Positions 10,456 through 20,005 of a stretch of 42,237 bases of DNA are shown piece after piece; position 1 is the first letter of the stretch, and every line of letters starts with the position of its first letter. Source of the stretch: a virus (taxonomy: Duplodnaviria > Heunggongvirae > Uroviricota > Caudoviricetes); IMG/VR virus record IMGVR_UViG_2880361019_000002, positions 1 to 42,237 of that record; one strand, given 5' to 3'. The translations under genes were made by a program, and so were the position numbers. The notes beneath the pieces are model-generated. The model saw only the letters and a program-made list of their open reading frames with translations, searched no databases and had not been told where the DNA came from.

Positions 10456-10796
10456 CAGTTCACCACCTGCTCAATCGTACAGCTGAAATCACTGTACCGG
10501 GCGTTATCCGTGACGCTCCACTCCCGGCACACCACCCTCACCGTCCGGTTATGTTTCGGCGGTCGCCACAAAAAGGCACGGTAACCACCATGCCAGGATA
10601 AAAATTCATCCAGCCAGCGCCGGGTTGACTCATCCGTCACCCGGAACACCGCCTGAAACGTCTTCAGTTGAGGATTCAGCCCTGTGGGGCGACGCTGTTC
10701 ATAACCGTCACCAAACCGTACCCTCGCCACCGACGGTTTCTCACTCACCTGCATCCCTTCACGCGGGACCAGATGCAGCGTTTTTATCTCAGCCAC
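10455..10796 (-). CDS. M: Minor tail protein M
   Basis: 113-aa ORF in gpM position and size, stop overlapping L start. Confidence 0.8.
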   Translation of the reverse strand: MAEIKTLHLVPREGMQVSEKPSVARVRFGDGYEQRRPTGLNPQLKTFQAVFRVTDESTRRWLDEFLSWHGGYRAFLWRPPKHNRTVRVVCREWSVTDNARYSDFSCTIEQVVN

Positions 10797-11391
10797 TCAG
10801 CATTCCTCCGTCACGTCGCATGGACAGCATCACCGCCTGCACCCGCTGGTCAATCAGTTGCACAAGGCTGCCTGCCGCCTCCGGCCCTATCTGGCCATTA
10901 GTCCCGTCATTCTGAATGGCGATATGGTAGACCGGGGAATACACCAGACCCGCACTGCCGTACATACTACCCACCGCGCGCACACCCAGCGAGCCATCCG
11001 CCGCCCGCGTCAGAGGCATAATGGCTTCAGGTCCGGCCTCCCCCATCAGCCCGGCCCCTTTTGCAAAGGCAAAGTACGTGGGCGTATCCACAATACTGTT
11101 GCTGTACGCACTCAGGTTTGCCGAGGTATACACGCCGCCTTTTGCATTGGCCACCGCCCCGCCCAGCCAGTCACCAATGCTGCCGAGAAATCCTCCCGCA
11201 CCGGACATACCGTTTGCCGCCGTCTTAATTCCGTTGACAATCGCGGCATTCATAAGAACTTTTGATATTTCCTGCAGCACTGATGAGGCCCAGCTGCGCC
11301 ATTCCACTTTATTTCCGTTCAGCATCTCCGTGATGTTATTCACCATCCCTGAGATCCCCTCCGTCGCAAGCTGTGCTGCCTGTGAGGCGTG
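10789..11391 (-). pseudogene. H: Tail tape-measure protein H, C-terminal remnant (5-prime part replaced by truncated IS1)
   Basis: Gly/Ala-rich C-terminal tape-measure-like sequence directly upstream of M; homology to IS1 stops immediately after the insA stop at about 11391. Confidence 0.65.
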
Positions 11392-11667
11392 TTACCGACT
11401 GCGGCCTGAGTTTTTTAAGTGACGTAAAATCGTGTTGAGGCCAACGCCCATAATGCGGGCTGTTGCCCGGCATCCAACGCCATTCATGGCCATATCAATG
11501 ATTTTCTGGTGCGTACCGGGTTGAGAAGCGGTGTAAGTGAACTGCAGTTGCCATGTTTTACGGCAGTGAGAGCAGAGATAGCGCTGATGTCCGGCGGTGC
11601 TTTTGCCGTTACGCACCACCCCGTCAGTAGCTGAACAGGAGGGACAGCTGATAGAAACAGAAGCCAC
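11392..11667 (-). CDS. insA: IS1 InsA
   Basis: 91-aa ORF identical in translation to the insA ORF of the second IS1 copy ([18 protein letters not shown]...). Confidence 0.9.
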
Positions 11668-11722
11668 TGGAGCACCTCAAAAACACCATCATACACTAAA
11701 TCAGTAAGTTGGCAGCATCACC
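11392..11722 (-). mobile_element. IS1, truncated copy (IRL plus insA only)
   Basis: IS1 left inverted repeat GGTGATGCTGCCAACTTACTGAT (minus strand, ending at 11722) and insA; sequence departs from the intact IS1 copy (22572-23339) right after the insA stop. Confidence 0.85.
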
Positions 11723-12445
11723 GACATCCCGGGCGTACTGCAGTTTCTGTCTGAACACCCCGGCAGGCGGTTCATTCGACTGGGTGGTTGTGTACACCAC
11801 AAATCCTTCCGGACGGGAGGCAAGCCCGCCGATGGCTTCACGTAGCATGTCTTCCGCTTTGTACTGCTTGCCAAACAGCCACAGTTCATCAATCAGTGTC
11901 CCCACGGACTTGATACCGGACACCGTATTCGGATCGGCTGCCACCACCTTCAGGGTGGTGTCCGTCACCCGATGGGTGATGGTCCGGATATGTGTCTACA
12001 CCTGACAGAGGTCATCCAGATCATCGTCCCGTCGTACCATATCCCTGGCAGGGTTGAAGGCGTTAGCCGCCACCTCCACGGTCGGGGCCAGAATGGTGTA
12101 GCCCGCCGCCTGCCGCCAGTTCAGTAACAGCGCCGTCATCATGATCCCCGCGGCCAGCGTGGACTTACTGTTTTTCTTGGGGATAAGGATAAACACTTCC
12201 TTGATATGGCGAACACCGGTCTGCGCATCGTAGGAGCCAAACAGGGCCGCCACCAGGTCAAACACCCACGGTGCACAGGACTCCCCGAATGTCGGGCTAC
12301 CCGGTGCATCCACAATTCGCAGTTGTTTAAAAATCGCCAGTGCATGTGCAGCCAGGTCCGGATAAATCGGAGCCGGAATAATCGACAGCCCCTTTTTCAG
12401 GCGCTCTGCCCAGTCCGGACATGCCGTGCTCCATACAGGTATCAT
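11723..12445 (-). pseudogene. Terminase large subunit, N-terminal remnant with in-frame amber codon, truncated by IS1
   Basis: Walker-A-like KKNSKST motif; start overlaps terS stop; TAG at 11996-11998 is in frame with the downstream continuation; reading frame ends inside the IS1 IRL. Confidence 0.65.
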
Positions 12446-13005
12446 CCGCTTTCCTCATTCTGGTTATTCACCACCAGCCGGGGAGGTGGTGGCACCGCAA
12501 AACGGTTAGCCGCTTTTTTCGCGGCATCACCTTTTGCCGATTTTTTACCGGCATCGCCTTTTTTATGGTGTGTGAACTGCGCCAGTCGCCAGGCCGCATC
12601 CAGTGCCAGTTTCGGGTCAATTATCAGGTTTTCCACCAGGATCTGCCCCATAGCTTTCACCGGATCGGGAAGACCATCCTCCATATATTCAATACCATGA
12701 GATATCACCGCGGGCGGAGGCATCTCCGGATTGTTTTCGTCCGGCTGTGGTATTGCAGCCACCTCACGGCGACGGGGTTTATCCTCCTGCTCTGATTTTT
12801 TCTGCCGGTAAACAGGAACCTCATCCACCTCCACCGTTTCGCACTGTTTACGGGCTATAAACGCGAGCACCTCCGGATCTTTTGCCAGCTGCGAGCCTTT
12901 AACCCTGGCGGTCTTCGCCGAATAACCGGCGGCAATGGCTGACGCTGTTTTGTTTTTCCCGGACATGAGCGCCAGCGCAAATTTTCGTTTTTGCGTTGTC
13001 AGCAC
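12442..13005 (-). CDS. Terminase small subunit
   Basis: 187-aa ORF with N-terminal HTH-like region and Lys/Ala-rich C-terminus, immediately upstream of and overlapping the large-subunit start. Confidence 0.6.
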   Translation of the reverse strand: MLTTQKRKFALALMSGKNKTASAIAAGYSAKTARVKGSQLAKDPEVLAFIARKQCETVEVDEVPVYRQKKSEQEDKPRRREVAAIPQPDENNPEMPPPAVISHGIEYMEDGLPDPVKAMGQILVENLIIDPKLALDAAWRLAQFTHHKKGDAGKKSAKGDAAKKAANRFAVPPPPRLVVNNQNEESG

Positions 13006-13039
13006 AGCCTCCTCCCGGGTCCATAACGCACTCAGCCGG

Positions 13040-13260
13040 GTATGGTTCAGCCCATTTTTCCCGGCGTCTCATGCCGCAAATGTTAACTGCTGCCTGGTTA
13101 ACATTTGCTGAAAAAGCCAGTTAACATTTTTTTCGCACAACAAACTGAATAATAAAGATAAAAACCGAAAAAATGCCCAGGCAGCCAGTTAACATGTTAA
13201 CTGGCCTGAAACAGGAATTTTTTCTCTGCATGAGACGGGGGGCGGTGTCCGGGGCGATCG
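13040..13260. promoter_or_regulatory. Putative DNA packaging site region (cos/pac-like) between HNH endonuclease and terminase small subunit
   Basis: Non-coding gap containing perfect palindromes built on GTTAAC (AAATGTTAAC...GTTAACATTT; GCCAGTTAACATGTTAACTGGC) and a G/C-rich run; HNH-terS architecture typical of cos phages. Confidence 0.3.
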
Positions 13261-13294
13261 TTTTTTTCGCCGGATGATCCCCCCCCGGGTCGGG

Positions 13295-13660
13295 TTACAG
13301 TCCGATGATGTCGTCCGCTCTGCCACTACCTCTGAACACCTCCGGCAGCATCGGGTCCGGCATACCACTCACCGCTTCACGAGCAGACTTTTGTCGATGG
13401 CATTCGGTACAGAGCGTCCAGAGATTCGTCTCCTCATTACCACCACCGAACTGAAGTGCAATTCGGTGATCGAGTTCACTGTCACAGAGGTCAACCACAC
13501 GACCACAGAGACAGCACTGCCCGGCATCCCTCAGCCAGATATGACGCTTGAGGGAAACCCGGGCACTGCCACTGACACGACGCTGTTCCCCCTTCAGAAT
13601 ATTCACCCGTCGGGTATTCAGTGTTTTGATTCTGCTCTGGAGTGTACGAAGCTCAGCCAT
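13295..13660 (-). CDS. HNH endonuclease (terminase-associated)
   Basis: 121-aa ORF with Cys pairs and DHRIALQFGG...NLWTLCTECHRQK HNH motif. Confidence 0.8.
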   Translation of the reverse strand: MAELRTLQSRIKTLNTRRVNILKGEQRRVSGSARVSLKRHIWLRDAGQCCLCGRVVDLCDSELDHRIALQFGGGNEETNLWTLCTECHRQKSAREAVSGMPDPMLPEVFRGSGRADDIIGL

Positions 13661-13701
13661 GTAAAATCCCCGTCATATAACTTGTCACCAGAGGAAAGAA
13701 A

Positions 13702-13902
13702 ATGTCATCGAAAAACCGGACCCGCAGAACCACAACCCGCAATATCCGTTTCCCCAATCACATAATTGAACAAATCAACATAGCCCTTGAGCATAAAGGG
13801 TCCGGTAACTTTTCAGCGTGGGTTATTGAAGCCTGCAGGAGAAGGCTGGCAACAGATGCAACGCATCTGCGCCCGGCCAGCATGACAAATAACGAGAAAT
13901 GA
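13702..13902 (+). CDS. Ribbon-helix-helix (Arc/MetJ-like) DNA-binding protein
   Basis: 66-aa ORF, RBS AGGAAAG upstream; pattern R-F-P-x-x-I-x-E-x-I...G-x-x-N-F-S-A-W-V-I-E resembles Arc-type RHH. Confidence 0.45.
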   Translation: MSSKNRTRRTTTRNIRFPNHIIEQINIALEHKGSGNFSAWVIEACRRRLATDATHLRPASMTNNEK

Positions 13903-14033
13903 ACGTTCGGTTACAGGAGCAGGTACCCACTGTCCTCCAACAATATTTCATCTTCATATCCGACGGAACAAGACTTACCCTGCCGGGATGTACAGAATAA
14001 CAACAGAGTGATAATTAATTTCTGATGAAATAA

Positions 14034-14375
14034 TCAGGGTGCAGAAGGACTAAAGATAAACGTTTTCTTCACGCCTTTACACGGCCTGTCCTTCTCAAAT
14101 CTCCATTTTGCCATCGCCTTTACAACCTGCTCATCAAACAAATGGTGCGGCTCTGAACGGATAAACTCAATTCGGGTGACAGTACCATCAGCACCAATAT
14201 CAAACTTCACATCAACCCGTCCCTTTATATAATTTGCCGCTGCATAGGCCGGATATTGTGGTAATGCCTTAACCAACTGTCGGGGCATATCTGTTTTATG
14301 TTGCGTACAGCCCATAACCAGAGAAGACAACAAAATAATTAACGGAAGATTTCTTTTCATTTTCATTCCCGGCAC
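14034..14375 (-). CDS. Lipoprotein with TonB C-terminal-like domain
   Basis: Signal peptide plus lipobox LVMGC; C-terminal YP...G.V...F.I...G....I...S....FD..VV.A...WRF pattern of TonB_C domains; true start may be MKMK at about 14366. Confidence 0.55.
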   Translation of the reverse strand: MPGMKMKRNLPLIILLSSLVMGCTQHKTDMPRQLVKALPQYPAYAAANYIKGRVDVKFDIGADGTVTRIEFIRSEPHHLFDEQVVKAMAKWRFEKDRPCKGVKKTFIFSPSAP

Positions 14376-14698
14376 AGATAAGAATAAGTCTTATTCTAAC
14401 AATGCCACCCTGTCGGTCATCAATCCTCTGCTTAATGGCAACGACAATTATCCGACTTAAATCACAAATCAGACACATGACATAACAGAGCTTGCGAGGT
14501 AACACATCGTCCGGTTTCTTCCACCATCGCACCGGACCAGCGACCATGAGGGGACAACGCCGCGCTCCGTTAACGCGGTAAACCCCGGTGTGTATCGTTT
14601 TTGATTATCCCCGCACACTCGCGCAGAGGAGTCTCCCTGTCGGGCTGCGGTCTCTGTTAATGAGGGAATACAGCGACGATACGGCGCATCAGCAAAAC

Positions 14699-15157
14699 TT
14701 AGTTCAGGCACTGAGTGCGGATATAGTCCTGTGCCCCTTCCAGCTGCTTCTGCATTGTCATCAACCGTTCTCTGAGGATGAAATAATCCCGTTCAGCGGT
14801 GTCTGCCAGTCGGGGGCCGGTTGCATTATCCACGCCGGAGGTGCCGGTGGCTTCACGCACGGTACCGGAGCAGGTGGCGTTGATCCGCAGGCGCTTACGA
14901 CCAGCGGCAACATCAGCACGCAGAGTTTCATTTTCAGCTCTCGCATCGGCTAATTCCCTCGAGTATTTTGCATCGAGCGCAGCAACATCGCGCTGGCGCA
15001 CCTGCATATCAGTAATGGTTGCGTTTGCCAGCTCCAGCTCTCTGGCTTTTTTATCGCGCTGCGCTTTGTAGGTGATGGCGTTATCACGGTAATGGTCTGT
15101 TGCCAGCCACAGCGCACCACAGACCACCAGCAGAATAACGGTAAACGCGGAAAGCAT
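14699..15157 (-). CDS. Rz: i-spanin Rz
   Basis: Start taken at MLSAFTVILLVVCGALW...; strong match to lambda Rz (NHYRDNAITYKAQRDK...DAKY...ADTAERDYF). Confidence 0.85.
   Translation of the reverse strand: MLSAFTVILLVVCGALWLATDHYRDNAITYKAQRDKKARELELANATITDMQVRQRDVAALDAKYSRELADARAENETLRADVAAGRKRLRINATCSGTVREATGTSGVDNATGPRLADTAERDYFILRERLMTMQKQLEGAQDYIRTQCLN
14761..14946 (-). CDS. Rz1: o-spanin Rz1 (embedded in Rz, alternate frame)
   Basis: 61-aa lipoprotein ORF MRELKMKLCVLMLPLVVSACG... with Pro-rich body, matching lambda Rz1. Confidence 0.85.
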   Translation of the reverse strand: MRELKMKLCVLMLPLVVSACGSTPPAPVPCVKPPAPPAWIMQPAPDWQTPLNGIISSSENG

Positions 15158-15394
15158 TCGGTTTATGCTCACCCCACCAACCCTGCCGAAGTCAACGCCA
15201 TCCAGGTTATGGAAAGAAAAAGAGCAACCAGCATTAGTGAAAATGAAATACCGACGATTACACAAAGGCCCTTCGCCAGCATTATGAGTTTGTCTGACAT
15301 CTTTACCTCTTAATAGCAGTAATTAACCGGGCAACCACCCATAAAAACGGAATCAGCCAGACCAGCAAAAATTTCCAGTCCATTTTTATCATCT

Positions 15395-16090
15395 TCATGC
15401 TGCGGTAGCTCTCCATGCAGCAAGCAGACCAGCAATCCACTGAACACCTTTTGGGGTGAATTTAACCTGCGTAAAAGCATGACCATTGCCCGCCTCGCCC
15501 GTTTTCACGCTAAACCGCCCCGCATCCAGGTGATGCGAGTAAGGCGTCATTTTTCCAGCGAGGCGATACATTATTCCGTTCTCCAACAAAAACAGCCGGA
15601 AATCGGTTTCTTTGATACCGAGTAACTTAGCAACTTCCCGGAATCCCATCAGACCAGATGCTTCAACATAGTTATCAACAAATTCAGCCTTCGGCGCTGC
15701 TATTGCCAGTTGATTTTCCAGCACTGCTTTCTGTTCAGCCAGTTTTGCCGCAAATCGCAACGCCTCAGGTAAAGTCCGGGGGATCTGAATACCATGCATC
15801 GCTTTGAGTCTTGCCAGCACAGAACGACGAACGGCCTTTGACTCCCTCATGCCAACGAGCATCATCTGGTCAAAATCCAGATCATAGTATGCCGTTCTTG
15901 TCTGGTTATTGTTTAACCGGGATTTTTTTCCGGTTCCATCAAGCTCTAGCTCATCCTCAATTTTTGCAAGAAACTTACGCGGTTCATGAGGGACTTCTCC
16001 GGCTTCTGCCCGGGCTGGATTAATAATGTTATTCAGAAAATCCAGACTACTCATGGATATTTCATGATCGACAGAAATCATCTCTTTCAT
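15395..16090 (-). CDS. Phage antirepressor (KilAC-domain family)
   Basis: 231-aa ORF; composition and position resemble the antirepressor-like protein found between R and Rz in some lambdoid/Stx phages. Confidence 0.5.
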   Translation of the reverse strand: MKEMISVDHEISMSSLDFLNNIINPARAEAGEVPHEPRKFLAKIEDELELDGTGKKSRLNNNQTRTAYYDLDFDQMMLVGMRESKAVRRSVLARLKAMHGIQIPRTLPEALRFAAKLAEQKAVLENQLAIAAPKAEFVDNYVEASGLMGFREVAKLLGIKETDFRLFLLENGIMYRLAGKMTPYSHHLDAGRFSVKTGEAGNGHAFTQVKFTPKGVQWIAGLLAAWRATAA

Positions 16091-16363
16091 GGTTGATTCC
16101 TTTTAGTGATGAACCCTGCGCACAGGAATAACCAGCCCAAAGAGGGTTAACCAGACCACTGCCGGTTATCCACCAGGGCTCATCCTGAAAGGTTCTTTGG
16201 TTTATTTACGCTTGTGCGAAGCGCAGAAATGACAAAGGCACCATTACTGTGCCTCTGCGTGAAATAATCTGCCTAACTTTATTCACTTACATTTTGCCAG
16301 TTCGCAGGATTTCGTGTTATCCGCCCGGGCTGGCCAACGTCATTTTTCAGCAAAATATTCTGC

Positions 16364-16897
16364 TTATCTGTCGATTCCCCAGCACGCCAGAGCGCTCTCC
16401 TGGTCACGACGGGATACCTGACCATAACAGTTATTTGAGCGAATACGGCAGTCTCTGCCACAGTCCTTAATCCACCAGCGAATCGCTTCGCAGGCACCTT
16501 TTCGATCTCCTGCATTAATTCGTTTATAAAACGTCGACGGGAAACACTTACCTGGGCCAATGTTGTAAGGACAGAATGACGCAATACCCGCTTTCTGGGG
16601 TTCAGTCAGTGGCACTTTGATGTTTTTCGCCACCCATGCCAGCGCCTTATCACGTTCAATGGCGTTAACCTGGTCGCATTTTTCCTTCGACAACTTCATG
16701 CCCGGGAGGACAGGCTTACCATCCACCCGGGTGGCTCCACGGCAGATGGTCCAGATACCCGCACCATCACGGTATGCCGTGGTGTGGTTACCTTCCTTTT
16801 CATCCAGAAACTGGTCGAGAATGTCAGGCGCAGGCGCACCTGCGGCAATCAGCGCCAGAACGGCAGCCGACAGGCCGTATCTGATTTTTGCGTTCAT
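16364..16897 (-). CDS. R: SAR (signal-arrest-release) endolysin, T4-lysozyme-like
   Basis: N-terminal weakly hydrophobic SAR segment GLSAAVLALIAAGAP followed by E...D...T catalytic spacing; phage-21-type. Confidence 0.8.
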   Translation of the reverse strand: MNAKIRYGLSAAVLALIAAGAPAPDILDQFLDEKEGNHTTAYRDGAGIWTICRGATRVDGKPVLPGMKLSKEKCDQVNAIERDKALAWVAKNIKVPLTEPQKAGIASFCPYNIGPGKCFPSTFYKRINAGDRKGACEAIRWWIKDCGRDCRIRSNNCYGQVSRRDQESALACWGIDR

Positions 16898-16947
16898 GGA
16901 TATTTATCAGGGTTTATCGATTTCAAATCCCTGGATATGTTAAGTCT

Positions 16948-17292
16948 TCAGGCCAGCGGTGGAGTCTTCAGAGAACCAGTAATTATTCCCGGTAGTTTTC
17001 CTCTGTAGGTTATCAACACATCCTGCGCCTCTAAAATTACGGGGCGCTTTTCCGGCAACGGACCATCCCCTTCACATAACCCGGCAGCAACATCCATGAA
17101 AAACTGCTTCGCCTGCTTTTTCGCCTCAGCTTCGTAAAACTCCAGCGTGGCACCTTCAGTACGGTCAAGACTAATCGCCACATCTGGCAACAACAGTGAC
17201 GGATACCCACCAATTTCCAGTGCCACAGTAACAGTAATCTTATCCGGGTAATTATTTATCCCTTTAACACCCAGTTCGTATTTTTTCTTCAT
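16948..17292 (-). CDS. Hypothetical protein inserted between pinholin and endolysin
   Basis: 114-aa ORF filling the S-R gap on the same strand; no family recognised. Confidence 0.45.
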   Translation of the reverse strand: MKKKYELGVKGINNYPDKITVTVALEIGGYPSLLLPDVAISLDRTEGATLEFYEAEAKKQAKQFFMDVAAGLCEGDGPLPEKRPVILEAQDVLITYRGKLPGIITGSLKTPPLA

Positions 17293-17296
17293 CGCT

Positions 17297-17512
17297 TTAC
17301 TCCCCCCGCGCCGCCTTACGACGGTCCTCTCTGATTTTGAAATACAGGTTAGTCAGATACGTCAGCAGGCCAAACAGCAGACTCCCCAGCACACCGATTG
17401 CCACCCACTGGGACGGAGAGACTTTGTCCAGCAGCTGCAGTAACCAGTATCCCGTCCCCACCGCTGACGTGGTGTATGACACACCTGTTGTGATTTTTTC
17501 CATCTGGTACAT
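17297..17512 (-). CDS. S: Pinholin (phage-21 S-like), dual-start motif
   Basis: [10 protein letters not shown]... with two hydrophobic segments and C-terminal [19 protein letters not shown]; upstream in-frame extension in the ORF track judged non-coding. Confidence 0.8.
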   Translation of the reverse strand: MYQMEKITTGVSYTTSAVGTGYWLLQLLDKVSPSQWVAIGVLGSLLFGLLTYLTNLYFKIREDRRKAARGE

Positions 17513-17661
17513 ACCCCGTCTCCCGTTATCCGGAAGCTGACAACAATAAAAAAGCCACCAGTTAACTACTGATGGCTCTGATAACTCATGCAGGCGTCTC
17601 AGACGACCCACTGACACTACCGGTGAGTTTAACGATACCTTCCATTTGACTGGCTCACTTT

Positions 17662-19515
17662 TTATGATGATGCCGGTGCATTTATCTCCAGCACCAGACT
17701 TTCTATCTCAACGCCATACGCTGCATTTTTTGTAACATCCGTCAGCGTCAGCGCATTCAACCCCAGTGTCAGACTGTCTTTTATGACCTGGAATGCCGGG
17801 CCAGCCACTCCATTCAGTTTCGGAGTAACCGTGGCACTGCCGGCGGTGAACACCAGCTCCAGCGTCTGCCAGTCGTTACCGTAATCGCCGAACTCCCCCA
17901 GCTTCGTGTTTCCGGCTTTCCTGTGATGCATCAGATTCACTCTGCCGTCAGTGGTCTGAGTGAAGTACGACATCAGGAACGGATTACCGGTACCCGTCAT
18001 CGCCACACCATCAGGAACGGGAGCATCCGTATACAGATAAATCCCCAGCCCGAACTGATTGTTGGTCAGTGCGCCTGACAGGCGGAACTTACAGGTCAGT
18101 CTGCCGCCCTGTGTCAGCAGGGTAATTGCGTCATCCACCGGATGCGTCAGGGACCAGGTTTTATTGCTCTGCTTGGCAATCTTAAATACACCATCTGACA
18201 ACTGAATTCCGCCATCCTTAATGCTCCAGCCCTGCGCAGCAGCCTCTCCGGCTGCCGGCAGCAGGGAGATTGTGCGAACGGACGTATCTGCAGACGGACC
18301 CGATGGCGTGTTGCCGCCGGGCGAGGGTTTGATTTCCGGTGCCTTACCACTGATGAAGGCTGAGGTGCGCCCGGCTGCGTTCAGAATAGCGGTTGCCAGA
18401 CGATCCGGAATAATGCTCCTGCGCGCCCATGAACTGAAATGTGTCGGGCGGTTTGATGATACCTGGTTTCCATTCGTTCTCGATGCCGCACCGTAATATC
18501 CTGATGCCGGAATATCCGGATCTTCTGCCGGCGCGTTAGTGGCGGTATTGACGCCGTTACCGTCTGTCATGAAGGGCACAAAATAAACGCCCTCACTCTC
18601 CCTGTTTTTATACCCGCCGTACACGGTGTCGTACTGGGTAGCGTATGTATTTTTCCAGTAATACGTCGTGTCACCACAAATCCACGGCACATCTGCAGCA
18701 CTGCCACCATGGCACTGCGCGTTAAACACGGAGAGGTCAGCACGAAACTGTGTCAGCATGGCTGTAAACAGCGCAGGTTGCTGTGCGTGGGTGGCGGCGC
18801 TCATGTCAAACTCACCCTGCATCCAGCAGACGGCCAGCAGAACGTTTTTGGGATTTTTCTGCAATGCCGCTTTTGTGCGGGAAATCAGATCCTGATATAA
18901 CGGCTTGCCCACCCCCCAGCGTGCCGAATCCTGACTGGCCCCCGTGGACTCGCTGAATGTCCCCTCCGCGCCCTGGGTAAATGCCGAACCACCACGACAG
19001 CATGGTACCAGCAGGATCCCCGCGTTATTCGGGATATACGGGAGCAGTTTTTTGGCAATATGTAAACCCTGGCCGACACAGCCGTACTGCCCTTTGCTCA
19101 GGTCAGCCCTCGGATGATTCAGCGTACTCATATCCTGCACATCATGCAGACAGTGGTCAGCCGGAATAATATCGTTATATCTGCAGGCAGCCCCGCCCGG
19201 CGTCACTGTACTGCGGCGCGCCAGCTGTTTAATGCGCGGATCCGGAGCATCGTATGAATCCGGCAGCGGAAGCCCTTCACAGTAAGCCATGGCATTGGAC
19301 TGCCCGGCCAGTACGATGACGTAGTACCAATCCGGCTCAGATGAAGGGCCGACCTGTGGCTCTCCTTCAATAGCCACCGCCTGCATCAGTGTGTACGGCG
19401 TAATGGCAACCGGTCCTCCGTATGGCTGCCAGCCCTCTTTCAGTTTGTGTGTCAGCTTTTCCGCAAGGTCTGACGGCGACGCCGCCCTGACAACATCATA
19501 ATGTTTAATCGACAT
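17662..19515 (-). CDS. nanS-p: Prophage-encoded sialate O-acetylesterase (NanS-p-like)
   Basis: 617-aa ORF; DUF1737-like N-terminus then SGNH esterase signature ([14 protein letters not shown]); position between tRNA region and lysis genes as in Stx phages. Confidence 0.75.
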   Translation of the reverse strand: MSIKHYDVVRAASPSDLAEKLTHKLKEGWQPYGGPVAITPYTLMQAVAIEGEPQVGPSSEPDWYYVIVLAGQSNAMAYCEGLPLPDSYDAPDPRIKQLARRSTVTPGGAACRYNDIIPADHCLHDVQDMSTLNHPRADLSKGQYGCVGQGLHIAKKLLPYIPNNAGILLVPCCRGGSAFTQGAEGTFSESTGASQDSARWGVGKPLYQDLISRTKAALQKNPKNVLLAVCWMQGEFDMSAATHAQQPALFTAMLTQFRADLSVFNAQCHGGSAADVPWICGDTTYYWKNTYATQYDTVYGGYKNRESEGVYFVPFMTDGNGVNTATNAPAEDPDIPASGYYGAASRTNGNQVSSNRPTHFSSWARRSIIPDRLATAILNAAGRTSAFISGKAPEIKPSPGGNTPSGPSADTSVRTISLLPAAGEAAAQGWSIKDGGIQLSDGVFKIAKQSNKTWSLTHPVDDAITLLTQGGRLTCKFRLSGALTNNQFGLGIYLYTDAPVPDGVAMTGTGNPFLMSYFTQTTDGRVNLMHHRKAGNTKLGEFGDYGNDWQTLELVFTAGSATVTPKLNGVAGPAFQVIKDSLTLGLNALTLTDVTKNAAYGVEIESLVLEINAPASS

Positions 19516-19595
19516 CGAATTTCTCCCGTGTACAGGAACAGAGTTAAAAAGCCGGAATCAAATCGCAGGATGAACATCTGCCAGTGGCTGGTCGT

Positions 19596-19622
19596 AAAAA
19601 AAAGGCCGCGCCATGCGCAGCC
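19596..19622 (-). terminator. Intrinsic terminator upstream of nanS-p
   Basis: Minus strand reads GGCTGCGC-ATG-GCGCGGCC followed by TTTTTTTT (8-bp stem incl. one G-U, 8 U). Confidence 0.6.
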
Positions 19623-19837
19623 GGAAATAAAGGGATAACGATGATAGTTTGAGAAAAACAGAAATAACACTTTTGTGGCAAAGCATGGTGCCGGGTGCCT
19701 CCCGGTGAATTCAGCCGGTGTCACTGAACCCGCGTCGGCTTGCCTATAACATAATAAATGCTACCCACACCAGTCGCCCCTCCGCACAGGGGGATTCACC
19801 ATGCAGAAGTGTTTTTAATAAACAGCAAACAAAAAAA

Positions 19838-20005
19838 TCAAGCATTATGCAGGCTGTTTCTTTTTATCACCGGCCACAGCAATACCACAATGCCGCAGAC
19901 CAGCACCCCATCCGCCAGCACCGACATGATTCTGCTGGTGAAATCCACCATCACCACCAGAAACAGCAGGAGTGCAGCCACAGCCAGGCGCAGTTTTACC
20001 GTCAC
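19838..20005 (-). CDS. Small predicted membrane protein (about 55 aa), translationally coupled to upstream gene
   Basis: GTG start overlapping the TGA of the 20002-20463 ORF (GTGA), GGAGAA RBS; two hydrophobic segments (LRLAVAALLLFLVV, VLADGVLVCGIVVLLWPVI); not in ORF track (short). Confidence 0.35.
   Translation of the reverse strand: MTVKLRLAVAALLLFLVVMVDFTSRIMSVLADGVLVCGIVVLLWPVIKRNSLHNA

Noticed and set aside
17513-17617. N-terminal 35-codon extension of the holin ORF
   Set aside because: The conserved dual-start pinholin begins at MYQMEK; the extension has no RBS and would add a non-holin-like leader.
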